From contig CAJHIS010000001.1 in NCBI GenBank assembly GCA_905067555.1, forward strand, positions 8,611 to 72,610: a stretch of DNA of 64,000 nucleotides, written 5' to 3'. Made by a program: the position numbers and the translations under genes. Source of the stretch: Candidatus Argoarchaeum ethanivorans. Lineage in GTDB: Archaea > Halobacteriota > Methanosarcinia > Methanosarcinales > EX4572-44. Position 1 is the stretch's first letter; every line of letters starts with the position of its first letter. Below are positions 20,411 through 30,782 of the stretch, one piece after another. The notes beneath the pieces are model-generated. The model had not been told where the DNA came from and searched no databases. It worked only from the letters and a program-made list of their open reading frames with translations.

Positions 20411-21886
20411 CTACATATTATTTAAATTTTTGCATATTTCATTCTTAACAGAATCAAAACTGAAATTATACAACTTTTCAGAATCAGATTTACTAATGGC
20501 TATTCCTTTGTGTACGAAATCATTCCTTTTTTTCTTGTAACGGTTTAAAAATTCATATTTTTTGTTATCAATTTTTCCTAAAAAACTTAAAAATTCAATT
20601 TTAGTCGCGATTGACCAATTATCATATTTGTCAGCCTTTTTATTTTGTCCATACATCTCATTTTTTTCAGAGATAACTTCGGCAAATAATCGTGGTATTA
20701 AATTCTCTACAATGAACCAACTAAAAAGAAATGATTGAGAAAATTCTAAACTTTTTAAATGTGTATAACTGTCAAGTAAGAAAAGTACTAAATCGTTCAA
20801 TTTTTTATCACTATATATAATTTCGGCAGTTTTTATAATTTCATTCATTTTATCAAGAGGAATCACAGTCTTTCTATATCCTTTAAAATTCATTGGTTTA
20901 AATCTTTGATTAGCTGAATTCCAACTGCATCCGCCTATTGAATCACCCAAAACTGGAATGTTTTGTTTTATTTTAGAACTGATAAGTCCAGATTCTCGCA
21001 CTGATAACGATTCAATTCCTAAGATAAGAGAAATTCCGAAAATAGTGTTTATTATTTTAATCGCACTCTCTTCATCTTCTATTTGAATCACTACAAATCC
21101 ATATTTATCATAAAAACCCTTTCGGCCATCAAATGTGAATTCAAATTCATATTTTGGATATTCAACAATATTCGGGCCATACAACTTTTCTTTAAAACTA
21201 ATCTCAATATCGTTTCCTATAAAAACGCCTGGATAATAATAGGCACCAATTACACCCACTAATGATCTATCATGTGTTATTGATTGAGAACTTGGCTTTT
21301 GAATCACGGTTTCATTTCGAATCAAAGCTCTCCGCTTTGCATATTGAAATGATTCAATCATCTTTTGTTCGAAATAACCTAATTCTGCAACATTTCCTTT
21401 GAAATTAGCAACCCAACCATTATTAAAAAATGCGCTACCATATCTCAATCCATTTCTAAAATTTGTTAAAGGATAATTTCTCATAATATCTAAGAAATTT
21501 GAGAAATGCAGAACAAAATAATCTGAATATTTATTCATTTGATTCTCATCATGGTACCAACGAAAATCGTCCTCTTGATTGGTGATTTCTTTTTCCCATC
21601 TCGGTTCGTCCATAATTTTTATTACTTCTTCCTCAAGTTCAAAACCTTTAAAAGGACCATTAATTTTAATTTCTTTATCTGGTCTATCAGAATCATGTAG
21701 AAAAACTAAAAGCTGACACTCATGGGGTTCTGAAACCCAGAAAATTTCAATTTGGCATGGAGCTGAATAGTTACTGTAATCCAAAATTTGTTTTTGTTCT
21801 AATTCATTCAGTTTTTCATATTCTTTCCTAAAAGTATCAATAAGATTCTGACCCCATTTTTCGAGTTCTTGTACTTTTTTATGCAT
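20411..21886 (-). CDS. HEPN-domain protein (Abi-like), large unknown N-terminal domain
   Basis: 491 aa and very AT-rich. The C-terminal helical region ends with KKRNDFVHKG, an Rx4H HEPN RNase motif. Confidence 0.55.
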   Translation of the reverse strand: MHKKVQELEKWGQNLIDTFRKEYEKLNELEQKQILDYSNYSAPCQIEIFWVSEPHECQLLVFLHDSDRPDKEIKINGPFKGFELEEEVIKIMDEPRWEKEITNQEDDFRWYHDENQMNKYSDYFVLHFSNFLDIMRNYPLTNFRNGLRYGSAFFNNGWVANFKGNVAELGYFEQKMIESFQYAKRRALIRNETVIQKPSSQSITHDRSLVGVIGAYYYPGVFIGNDIEISFKEKLYGPNIVEYPKYEFEFTFDGRKGFYDKYGFVVIQIEDEESAIKIINTIFGISLILGIESLSVRESGLISSKIKQNIPVLGDSIGGCSWNSANQRFKPMNFKGYRKTVIPLDKMNEIIKTAEIIYSDKKLNDLVLFLLDSYTHLKSLEFSQSFLFSWFIVENLIPRLFAEVISEKNEMYGQNKKADKYDNWSIATKIEFLSFLGKIDNKKYEFLNRYKKKRNDFVHKGIAISKSDSEKLYNFSFDSVKNEICKNLNNM

Positions 21887-21893
21887 TAACCCC

Positions 21894-22979
21894 CTATGTA
21901 AGCCCCAGCCGTTTCTCTATATTAACCCTCGATCTTTCTTCCTTCTGACGAAGCGTTCGCTCTATCGAATCATGCCCCTTTTCATCAACTTCCGCACTCT
22001 CTATCAATTCTTTATCAATAAGTTTCTGATACAACTGCCTGCCTTTTTCTGTGCGTGTAATGACTGTTGACCATCCCTTGGGTGAGCCTTCGCTGCCAAC
22101 TGAAATGTCTGCATAGACCGAAGTAAAATCAGGGCATACACTGCATCCAGCCCTGGTATATTTATCCAGCTCTTCATGAGTGATGATCTTCTTTTTACCA
22201 TCTTTAAAGGAGATAATCATCCCCTCTTTCTTAACATCGAAGCCTGCAACACCTGCTTTATCTATGTCTATACTCTGGAGTATCTGGTCATCGAACTGTC
22301 CTTTACAGAATAGCCCTACTGCAAAGGTGATGATATTATGTGGTATTAGCATATTACGTCTGTTGTATATTGCCTGCGTTTTGCGTAGCGCATATATCTG
22401 GCAGGGAGTGCCTACAATTGCAAGTCTTTCATAACCTTTATCTTTCAATTTTTTGAGGTCTGTGAGTGGCGAGTAGATTGAAGATACTGTGTAACGTGAA
22501 CCTGCAGCACTCAGAAGATCTTCTTCTGTTGCTGCTACTACCGGCACCGGGGCACAGTTTTCATTGTATTGAGAGACTACTACTCCATCCACAAGATTAT
22601 TATCAAGTAGATATTTGAATATTGTTGTTACTACTCCACCATCCTGGCACACATCTTTTATCGGCTGGTAGGTGGTGCGTGCTGCTTTTGGTTTACCATC
22701 GTACTTCGCTCTTTCAAGCTCCTTTTTCTGCCAGAAGTAGGATGGTTCTATGCGTGGGCAGGACATTACACAAATATTGCAATCATTGCATGCAAGGCCA
22801 CTTCTTGATTCGATCTCACTCCTCTTTTGCGTATCCTGCACTGGCTTGTTATCTACGATAGAAATATATTGCAGGGGGCATACTGCTGCACAGTTCCCAC
22901 ATGAAACACATATATCAGCATCAATAACTTCTTTTAATAATTGGTCATAACCATTCATCATTCTACTAAAAAAGTACAC
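21894..22979 (-). CDS. coenzyme F420 hydrogenase/dehydrogenase beta-subunit family protein with N-terminal 2x[4Fe-4S]
   Basis: Two ferredoxin Cys motifs (CVSCGNCAAVCP, CNDCNICVMSCP) followed by an FrhB/FdhB-like body. Confidence 0.7.
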   Translation of the reverse strand: MYFFSRMMNGYDQLLKEVIDADICVSCGNCAAVCPLQYISIVDNKPVQDTQKRSEIESRSGLACNDCNICVMSCPRIEPSYFWQKKELERAKYDGKPKAARTTYQPIKDVCQDGGVVTTIFKYLLDNNLVDGVVVSQYNENCAPVPVVAATEEDLLSAAGSRYTVSSIYSPLTDLKKLKDKGYERLAIVGTPCQIYALRKTQAIYNRRNMLIPHNIITFAVGLFCKGQFDDQILQSIDIDKAGVAGFDVKKEGMIISFKDGKKKIITHEELDKYTRAGCSVCPDFTSVYADISVGSEGSPKGWSTVITRTEKGRQLYQKLIDKELIESAEVDEKGHDSIERTLRQKEERSRVNIEKRLGLT

Positions 22980-23262
22980 TCTTCTTAAACTAAGCGGTTT
23001 TTTATAACAAATAGTTAAAATAATAAAATAGTTCGCATCTTTGCAACTATACGAATTTTGGACTGAGCGAAAGGAAGGTGTTGAGTGGAAGTGGTTTATA
23101 GGGTAATCTCACTACCTTAAGCAGATACCCTACCTCTACGTAATTCGTTACGAGCTTCTTTTCGTGGTTTGAGCTCGAGTAACTGGTACGGTTTATGCAG
23201 TCGTTTGACGGCACGCGAAACACTCTCGTCCGAGTTTATCCCCAATACACCTGTTCGCGATA

Positions 23263-24963
23263 TCACACCGTTTCATTTGCTCGTTGTGCTTCTGTCTCCT
23301 TTTCCAGTGTTCCACCAATTCTTTCAGTTAACAGAGCTTCCATTTCCTCAATTTTGCTGTTTTCAATTTTGTTAATAATAATTCCCGGTTTTGGCAGTTT
23401 TTTGCCATTTTCAAGTTCCATCAATGCTTCTTCATATAATACAGTATGAATATTGCCTGTAAAACCCAATTGTTTCCATGCAGTTTCCATGAGACCCGGC
23501 ATAACCGGCTCAAATAATATGACAAGAGCTTTTGCGATCTGTAGAGAATCCTTCAGCACTTCCGCACATTTATTTTTGTCTGTTTTTATCAGTTTCCAGG
23601 GTTCTCTTGACTGGAAGTACGTGTTGCCAAAATCAGCAAGTAGCATAGCATGATCTGCTGCCTGCTTGAATTCATAGTTATTAATACTTGCTGTATTTGC
23701 ATCAATCGCTCTCTTTATTTCGTTCATCGTTTCAGAACTTACTTTTGCATCCGGAACTCCCTCAAAACTTTTATAAGCAAATGATAATGTACGGTACAGG
23801 AAGTTTCCAAACGAGCCTGCCAATTCACTGTTAGTTTTCTGTTGAAACATTTCCCATGAAAAATTAAGATCCTTGGTGTGTGAGGTGTAACTTGCAAGAT
23901 AATATCGCAGGATGTCCGGATGGAAGCCATGACTAAAATAGTCCTCATCAACCCATAACACATAGCCACGACTCTTTGAGAATTTTCGGTCTTCAATCTT
24001 CACCATTCCGGATGCGACAATCGAAGACGGGAGTGTGTAACCTGCACCTTTCAGCATTGCAGGCCAGAAGATACAGTGATGGTATACAATATCAAGCCCG
24101 ATGAAATGAATAATGCGAGAATCAGAGCACCACACGTCTTCCCAGTTTTTACCCTCTCTTTTTGCCCATTCCTCGGTAAACGAGATATATCCAATCGGAG
24201 CATCCACCCATACGTACACGACAAGATCTTCGTGATCTGGAAAAGCTACACCCCATTCCATATTCCTTGTGATACACCAATCCCTGAGTTCATTGTTCAC
24301 CCATTTAATAGCGTAGTTGCGTGCATTAGTAGTGCCCCCGAGCTTTGGTAAATAGTCAAGCAGGAAGTCTTTGAAAGAGGAGAGCTTAAAGAAGAAGTGC
24401 TCCTGACTGCGGTATTCCGCTTTAGTTCCACAAATCTTGCACACAGCATTTTTTATCTCACCGGGCTCAAGGTGTTTACCACAGCCCTGGTCGCATTCAT
24501 CACCACGAGCATGAGAGCCGCAATAGGGGCATATACCTTCAACATATCTATCCGGAAGAAAACGGCTGCATTTTGGACAGTAGGCAAGGTCAATCTTCAT
24601 TGAATACACGTAGCCGGCTTTGATAAGAGCGTTTACTATTGAAAGAGTTCTGTTGTGGTTTGATTGCGAGTCTGTGCTTCCAAAGTAGTCAAATTCAACG
24701 TCCATCTTTTTGAATATTTCATCAAAGTGCGCGTGGTATTTTTTCGCAAGTTCTTCCGGAGTTGTGCCCTGCTCTTCAGCATTCACCACGACAGGCGTGC
24801 CATGCGCATCAGAACCACACACGAACACCACCTCTTGACCCTGTTTGCGCAGGGATCGCACAAAGATGTCAGCAGGTACATAAGTGCGGAGATGTCCGAT
24901 ATGGCACTTGCCATTAGCATAGGGCAGACCACAGGTTACAAGTATTGGCCGTAACAAAGTCAT
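23263..24963 (-). CDS. metG: methionine--tRNA ligase
   Basis: HIGH motif ([11 protein letters not shown]), zinc knuckles (CPKC...CPYC) and KMSKS variant (KFSKSRG). 566 aa. Confidence 0.93.
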   Translation of the reverse strand: MTLLRPILVTCGLPYANGKCHIGHLRTYVPADIFVRSLRKQGQEVVFVCGSDAHGTPVVVNAEEQGTTPEELAKKYHAHFDEIFKKMDVEFDYFGSTDSQSNHNRTLSIVNALIKAGYVYSMKIDLAYCPKCSRFLPDRYVEGICPYCGSHARGDECDQGCGKHLEPGEIKNAVCKICGTKAEYRSQEHFFFKLSSFKDFLLDYLPKLGGTTNARNYAIKWVNNELRDWCITRNMEWGVAFPDHEDLVVYVWVDAPIGYISFTEEWAKREGKNWEDVWCSDSRIIHFIGLDIVYHHCIFWPAMLKGAGYTLPSSIVASGMVKIEDRKFSKSRGYVLWVDEDYFSHGFHPDILRYYLASYTSHTKDLNFSWEMFQQKTNSELAGSFGNFLYRTLSFAYKSFEGVPDAKVSSETMNEIKRAIDANTASINNYEFKQAADHAMLLADFGNTYFQSREPWKLIKTDKNKCAEVLKDSLQIAKALVILFEPVMPGLMETAWKQLGFTGNIHTVLYEEALMELENGKKLPKPGIIINKIENSKIEEMEALLTERIGGTLEKETEAQRANETV

Positions 24964-25292
24964 AAATATCGTCTGTCAATACTTGATCCTGTATTTTATC
25001 TTTTGCATCGGAAAATGATACAGTTCCCCGGTAGATCATTATTTGTAAGTTACCTTATGAGAAGCCGTCAAATTAGCAAAGTCAATATATAACCGGATAA
25101 TCACCAGGCAGAAGCTAACAGCATGAGTTCTGATCGCTGCATAACACCTGTAGACTACTTGCAGACGTGTCTCTTGGAAGTAGATGCGAGCTTGTTCGCC
25201 ATCTCGCTTAGTGGCGAGTTATCTAAAATCAGCTTGATTATCTCGATTTCGCGTCAAGATTATCAGGATAAGGATTACTAAAGCGGTGAACA

Positions 25293-27422
25293 CTAAAATA
25301 GGTGCAGTTTCTTGATGTTTTCAACGCTCCGTATTTCTTCATCCGGGTTGGATGGTGTTGGTGTTTGAACATTTTTATGCTTTAGATTGAAATCTGCGAT
25401 AATCACTTCTTCTCGACCTTCCTTAACCTCGCACAATTTATATGTCAGGTCTCCCGTGTCTTTGCATCCACCATCCACCAATGAGCTGAAATAGTTGTTG
25501 TTCAACTGCCCGAAGATCGATGTCCCGCCGTAGAGCCCTGTATTTGCAATCAGGATATAAGATGGGGTTCTTTCAACATGACTGTGTGCCTCGTTCTGAA
25601 ATCGTTCGTTTGCAGGGTTGAAGGCTGGGCAGAAGATCATATCAATATCGGTTCCTCTGAAGTAGTGGGCTAAATCGTCAAAGTCCCTGCAGATCAGTAT
25701 TATGAACTTGCCAAACTGGGTCTCGTATCTGTATACTGTGTCTCCAGGTATCATTCTTTCTTCTAGTTTCATTACTCCATCTTCAAAAGTCGATGGTCTG
25801 ATCTTTTGCTGGTGTGGTATATCACGATCAGATTCCATTATCAGCGGGCAGATATTCTTCTTGTCTTTATAGAAACTTCCACCGATAATAATCATGTCAG
25901 GATATTTGCTCTTGATCTCACTTATCCACTCTTCGCAGAGGCAGAGTTCAGGTAAGCAGACGATGTTTGCACCATCGTTCCTGGCTATCTCAAGTACTGA
26001 AAATATTTTTGTTTTTACCTCGTCTTTCTTTTTAATGATGAATGGGAATGATTTTGTAAGTTCAAAAGAGATTTGGGCTACGGCAATCCTGACAATCTCT
26101 TGTTTTGTCTTTGAGATATGCACGGTCTGAATTTTAGGGATGTAGGTGTTTTCCTGCACGTACCCAAGAACTCTGACGATTGCTGCGCCCCGTTCTCCAG
26201 GTTCCATATCTGTTAGATTCTTGAGCTGTTCACATGCGTCTACTTTTTTATTAGTTGGAAGATATTCACACCAACCTCTTGCAAAACCTGCCGTGTCGTC
26301 CAGCGCTGTCATTAGCGCCAATATGTCGTTTATGGGCAGCAGTTCCTTTGCAGATCTGGCAGTTTCGCGTCCAAGTTTTTCAAGCGGCGTTCCTTGCGTC
26401 TTCCTGCATACCGCTCTTGCCTTCTCAGGAATCTCAGGTATTATCTCTTTGATCTGTTCATCGATTATCGGCAGCCCTCGATGTAAAACTTGTGCTGCAC
26501 CGGGCGTCCCTTCTGCCGCGTCACCGATCAGGTCTGCGGCGCGGTCACAGTATTGTCGGTAGGTGTTGAGATGATGCTGTATGGTATCCAGATTTGCTTC
26601 TTGCACTTTGTGAGCTTCTGTTAGTGCGTTTGCGAGATTTTCTACTGCTTTAACGAGTGTTTCTTTGTTTTTTGATCCTTCTGATGCATTTTTTGCTTCT
26701 GTTAAGTATTCTTGGACTTCTTTTTCTGTTTTCTGTTTCTCGAATGTTATTGCGTAGAATGATCTGTAGAATGGGAGGCAGAATTTGGATGGGTTGGAAT
26801 ATCCTATCGCTTCTTTTGATGATTCTTCGAAGAATGAAATGGCATTTTTCATCTCTTCCCTGAACTCCTCTTCACTCTGTGCCTTGGTTGCCTTGAATAC
26901 GGACGCTTTGCCAAGAGAATGATTTGAACTCAGCCGCACCCAAACATCTTTGTCTCGTGTTAGTTTAATCAGGTCTTTCCACGCTGTGTCTCTGTCGGGA
27001 ACGTGTTGGAAGACAGAACCGAGTGCTTCTGCTGCTATCCTTCGCACATCATCGTCTTTGCTATGTGTTAGTTGGTGCAGGTCTTTCCATGCTGCCTTTT
27101 TATCTGGAACATGTTGAAATACAGAACCAAGTGCATCTGCTGCCCTCCACCGCACATACCCATTTTCGTCTTGTATTAGTTGAATCAGATCTTTCCATAC
27201 TTCTTTTTTATCTGGAACGTGTTGGAAGGCAGAACCAAGTGCATCTGCTGCCCTCCACCGCACACCACGGTTTTTGTCCTGTGTTAGTTTGTGCAGGTCT
27301 TCCCATGCTTTTTCTCTGTCAGGTAAATCTGCAAAATCACTGCGTAGCTGCTCCACCGCCAATCGGCGTTCCTCAATCTCAAAGCTTACGGTTTTCCTGT
27401 GAATCTCAGCCTGATCGACCAT
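25293..27422 (-). CDS. HEAT-repeat / carbon-nitrogen hydrolase (nitrilase superfamily) fusion protein
   Basis: The N-terminus has 4 PBS-lyase-type HEAT repeats of 36 aa (VRWRAADALGS.FQHVPDKK..WKDL). The C-terminal about 270 aa has the E-K-C pattern (CLPELCL ... QQKIRPS ... ILICRDF). Confidence 0.7.
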   Translation of the reverse strand: MVDQAEIHRKTVSFEIEERRLAVEQLRSDFADLPDREKAWEDLHKLTQDKNRGVRWRAADALGSAFQHVPDKKEVWKDLIQLIQDENGYVRWRAADALGSVFQHVPDKKAAWKDLHQLTHSKDDDVRRIAAEALGSVFQHVPDRDTAWKDLIKLTRDKDVWVRLSSNHSLGKASVFKATKAQSEEEFREEMKNAISFFEESSKEAIGYSNPSKFCLPFYRSFYAITFEKQKTEKEVQEYLTEAKNASEGSKNKETLVKAVENLANALTEAHKVQEANLDTIQHHLNTYRQYCDRAADLIGDAAEGTPGAAQVLHRGLPIIDEQIKEIIPEIPEKARAVCRKTQGTPLEKLGRETARSAKELLPINDILALMTALDDTAGFARGWCEYLPTNKKVDACEQLKNLTDMEPGERGAAIVRVLGYVQENTYIPKIQTVHISKTKQEIVRIAVAQISFELTKSFPFIIKKKDEVKTKIFSVLEIARNDGANIVCLPELCLCEEWISEIKSKYPDMIIIGGSFYKDKKNICPLIMESDRDIPHQQKIRPSTFEDGVMKLEERMIPGDTVYRYETQFGKFIILICRDFDDLAHYFRGTDIDMIFCPAFNPANERFQNEAHSHVERTPSYILIANTGLYGGTSIFGQLNNNYFSSLVDGGCKDTGDLTYKLCEVKEGREEVIIADFNLKHKNVQTPTPSNPDEEIRSVENIKKLHLF

Positions 27423-27715
27423 TTCTTACACCTGACCGCCTTTATGCACTCGCCACCAAAAATCATCGTTCATCAATATAATTGATGTTAAAACCTCGGT
27501 TGAATAAATCATTTGCGTTTCGACTGGAATCTTAACCTGCGTGGTGTTCGGGCACACCGTCGATTGACTTGGTTGTGCTTATGTGAAAAAGCTCAACACA
27601 TAATTTACATAAAAAAACCTCAATAGAACAGAAAGACCTGTCAAATCAGAAACGCAAAAATTTCCGAACATGCTCAATAAGTTGTGGTCGTTTTGTGCAA
27701 TCGTGAGATAACTTC

Positions 27716-27852
27716 TCTCACCGCAGAGATCGCGGAGAACTAAAGAGCACTTCCTCTTTTGCGTCCTTTGTGTGCTCCGCGGTTAAATTCCCTGGCTTTG
27801 ATCCATGCCGTTTTGTGCCAGTATGTTGACCACATAGTATTCTGGCAAGTAC
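27716..27852 (+). repeat. about 140-bp intergenic element, copy 1
   Basis: It aligns over about 140 nt (roughly three quarters identical by eye) with 34499-34636. Shared strings include CACCGC, CGCGGTTAAATTCCCTG, TTTGATCCAT and ATGTTGACCACA.AGTATTCTGGCA.GTAC. Confidence 0.8.
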
Positions 27853-28033
27853 GAATTTCCGAGGTAATTTGATGACATCTCCACGACACCACCTGCTACA
27901 GATTAAATTTATATATTGAAAAGTGGTTAGATGGCTACCTCATGCTAAATCCCGGCAGCCATCAGTTTGAAAAATTAAAGATCAATAAACCGTTAGGTAC
28001 AGTGCAAAAGCACAAACAGGAGCGCAGTTTCAA

Positions 28034-29359
28034 ATGACTGATTACGCAGTCTTCTGGGGTTGTACCATCCAGGCACGTTTTCCATTCATGGAAAAATCAA
28101 CCACACTTGTTTTAGACCGAATAGGTGTTAGCCTCCATGAAATTGATGGCGTCACCTGCTGTCCCACAAAATTAATCAAGCTTGCAGACGAATTTACCTG
28201 GTACGTTACAGCAGCAAGAAACCTCTCTCTGGTAGAAAATATGGGCATGGATCTTGTAACACCGTGCAATGGATGTTACAGCACCTTAAAATCAGCGGCA
28301 TCAGAACTTAATATGAATGCTCAATTAAGAGATGAGGTAAATGAGATACTTGCAGAAGTGGGACTTGAATATAAAGGAACGATACACGTCAAACATCTCG
28401 TTGAAGTGTTGTATGACGATATAGGAATTGACAAAATCAAAAAATACGTAGTAAAACCGCTTGATGGCATGAACATTGCAGTTCACTACGGATGCCACAT
28501 GATCCGTCCGAGTTCTGCCATACATTTCGATAATCCGAATCATCCTACAAAGTTCGACCTGATAGTCGAAGCACTATCTGCCAATAGTATAGACTATTCA
28601 ACAAAGATGCTCTGCTGTGGAAACGACCTGAATAATACAGACGACTCATCGAATGCGATCGTTCTTGCTCGCCAGAAGATTCTTGAAGTTCAGGAGATGG
28701 CAGATGCCATGACAATGACATGCCCTGCCTGTTTTAGCCAGTTTGATTCCAAGCAATATCTCCTTGAAAAAAGCGGTGAGCGGTTACACATGCCGATACT
28801 ATGCCTTACAGAACTTATAGGGCTCGCTTTCGGATTTGAACCCTCTGAACTGGGTATGAACCTACACAGGGTCGAAACAGAATCATTCATCGAAAAATGG
28901 CATGAATGCTCAGAAAATCTCGAAAGTGCAAGGCAATATTTCGATCTGGCAGATCTGAGACGCTGTTATGAATGTGCTGCATGTGTTGACGACTGCCCGG
29001 TTACAAAACCAATTCCACAGTTTGAACCAAACCAGATCATCGGTAAGATTATACGCGGCAGATTAAATGAGGTTGTGGAATCACACGAGATCTGGTACTG
29101 CACAAACTGCTACACGTGCTACGAACTTTGCCCGCAGAAGTTTGGCATGATCAAGGTCTTTGACCGTCTAAAAAGTCTTGCGGGCGAGCGCGGTATAGCA
29201 CCGGATGGGTTCAAGGGCAGCCTCAAGATGTTCCTGGATACCGGGAAGTTGGGTGAGCCGACAACAGTACGCAAGAGATTGAAACTGTCTAAACCCCCAC
29301 AAAGTGGTGCTGATGAGCTAAAGAAATTGATTGACACAATCAAATCAAGAGGTAAATAA
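28034..29359 (+). CDS. heterodisulfide reductase-like protein: two CCG domains (HdrB-like) fused to a C-terminal 2x[4Fe-4S] (HdrC-like) domain
   Basis: CCG-type Cys motifs (CCPTK, CNGC; LCCGN, CPAC), then CYECAACVDDCP and CTNCYTCYELCP. Confidence 0.75.
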   Translation: MTDYAVFWGCTIQARFPFMEKSTTLVLDRIGVSLHEIDGVTCCPTKLIKLADEFTWYVTAARNLSLVENMGMDLVTPCNGCYSTLKSAASELNMNAQLRDEVNEILAEVGLEYKGTIHVKHLVEVLYDDIGIDKIKKYVVKPLDGMNIAVHYGCHMIRPSSAIHFDNPNHPTKFDLIVEALSANSIDYSTKMLCCGNDLNNTDDSSNAIVLARQKILEVQEMADAMTMTCPACFSQFDSKQYLLEKSGERLHMPILCLTELIGLAFGFEPSELGMNLHRVETESFIEKWHECSENLESARQYFDLADLRRCYECAACVDDCPVTKPIPQFEPNQIIGKIIRGRLNEVVESHEIWYCTNCYTCYELCPQKFGMIKVFDRLKSLAGERGIAPDGFKGSLKMFLDTGKLGEPTTVRKRLKLSKPPQSGADELKKLIDTIKSRGK

Positions 29360-29370
29360 ATAAAATAACG

Positions 29371-29494
29371 AATCAAGGGGTAAATAAGTAAGATGAAAGA
29401 TCATTGTTATCTGCACAACTTCGTTGTGCAGAAAGTAATTCTTGATTGCAAAGTAATCAAGGTATAGGTAAGTAAGATGAAAGATAATTGTTAT
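29371..29494. repeat. hairpin insertion (29411-29454) flanked by 40-bp direct duplication of the hdr-like/gltS junction
   Basis: The direct repeats at 29371-29410 and 29455-29494 are offset by exactly 84 nt, and each contains GTAAGATGAAAGAT.ATTGTTAT. The insert carries CTGCACAACTTCGTTGTGCAG and CTTGATTGCAAAGTAATCAAG. Confidence 0.85.
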
Positions 29495-30604
29495 ATTCCG
29501 TCCGGGTGTTCCATATCCGGCATGATTAATGAGTCAGGAAAAAGGTTTGATGGAAATAGTGTCATCAGATCGATCGCTCTTATGCACGATCGTGGAAATG
29601 GTCTTGGAGGCGGTTTTGCTGCTTATGGGATATATCCAAGACATGCTGAACAGTTTGCTTTTCACATGATGTTTGACCATATAGAAGCAAAGGAAGCATG
29701 TGAAGAATATTTTAAGGATAGATTTGACATTGTACTCGACGAAGAGATGCCAACCTGTTCTGGCGGAGCATTTGAGGAAGAGACTTCAGGAAGATATGGG
29801 GAATACGGGGGACATCCAATCACAAATCCTCCAATCCTGTGGCGGTATTTTATGGATGTACCGAAAAGCAAAACAAGTTTTGTTTCAGAGAATGAATATA
29901 TTGTCAAGAACGTTATGGAGGTTAACTCCAGAATAGACGGTGCTTTTGTTGCATCATCCGGCAAGAACATGGGGGCATTTAAAGGCGTGGGATACCCTGA
30001 AGATATTGGAGTATTCTATAAACTGGATGAGTACAAGGCATACATCTGGACTGCACACGGCAGGTTTCCGACAAACACACCTGGGTGGTGGGGAGGAGCG
30101 CATCCATTCTGCCTTCTTGATTGGTCAATTGTTCATAACGGGGAGATATCATCCTATGGAATCAACAAACGATACCTTGAACCTCACGGCTATAAGTTAG
30201 AACTTCGGACCGATACCGAGGTCATAGCATACCTGTTCGACCTGCTTGTTCGAAAGCATAAAATACCAATGGAGATGGCTATAAAAGCACTCGCACCCCC
30301 CTTCTGGAAAGACATTGACAGAATGCCAGAGCGTGAGCAGAGAATCGCAACTGCTATCAGGCAAGTCTATGGCGGGGCACTCCTGAATGGTCCGTTTAGT
30401 GTCATTCTTGGACATAGTCGCGGTATGATTGGGTTCAATGATCGCATCAAACTGAGACCAATGACCTGTGCAAGAGCTGATGATATGCTGTACATGGCAT
30501 CAGAGGAAGCAGCCATCAGAGAGATTGCACCTGAACTGGGTGAGGTCTGGAGTCCAAAAGCTGGAACAGCAGTGATTGGCAAATTAAGTGAAGAGGTGAT
30601 ATAA
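29477..30604 (+). CDS. archaeal glutamate synthase, glutamine amidotransferase (class II) subunit
   Basis: 375 aa with an Ntn-type amidotransferase N-terminus (...CSISGMINE), followed by the FMN and GXGXG subunit genes. Confidence 0.85.
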   Translation: MKDNCYIPSGCSISGMINESGKRFDGNSVIRSIALMHDRGNGLGGGFAAYGIYPRHAEQFAFHMMFDHIEAKEACEEYFKDRFDIVLDEEMPTCSGGAFEEETSGRYGEYGGHPITNPPILWRYFMDVPKSKTSFVSENEYIVKNVMEVNSRIDGAFVASSGKNMGAFKGVGYPEDIGVFYKLDEYKAYIWTAHGRFPTNTPGWWGGAHPFCLLDWSIVHNGEISSYGINKRYLEPHGYKLELRTDTEVIAYLFDLLVRKHKIPMEMAIKALAPPFWKDIDRMPEREQRIATAIRQVYGGALLNGPFSVILGHSRGMIGFNDRIKLRPMTCARADDMLYMASEEAAIREIAPELGEVWSPKAGTAVIGKLSEEVI

Positions 30605-30782
30605 ATGAGTTCTGAGATTTCACCAGACTCGATTGCTTCGCAGCTTGATTACTTCGTAATCAAGAGTTCTTTTCTGCACTCGATTGCTTCGCAGTCAAGA
30701 GCTATTTTCACACACAGCGTGTGTGGTTCTGCACAACGAAGTTGTGCAGGTGATATAAAATGATTTCTGAGATTCCACCAGA
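30594..30782. repeat. composite hairpin insertion (30628-30747) flanked by 34/35-bp direct duplication of the gltS subunit junction
   Basis: AGGTGATATAAATGAGTTCTGAGATTTCACCAGA (30594) versus AGGTGATATAAAATGATTTCTGAGATTCCACCAGA (30748). The insert contains CTTGATTACTTCGTAATCAAG, CACACACAGCGTGTGTG and CTGCACAACGAAGTTGTGCAG. Confidence 0.85.

Noticed and set aside
26990-27310. 108-bp periodic DNA repeat suspected to be a non-coding satellite.
   Set aside because: It is in frame and encodes the four HEAT repeats of the 709-aa protein, so it is a coding-repeat expansion and not an independent element.
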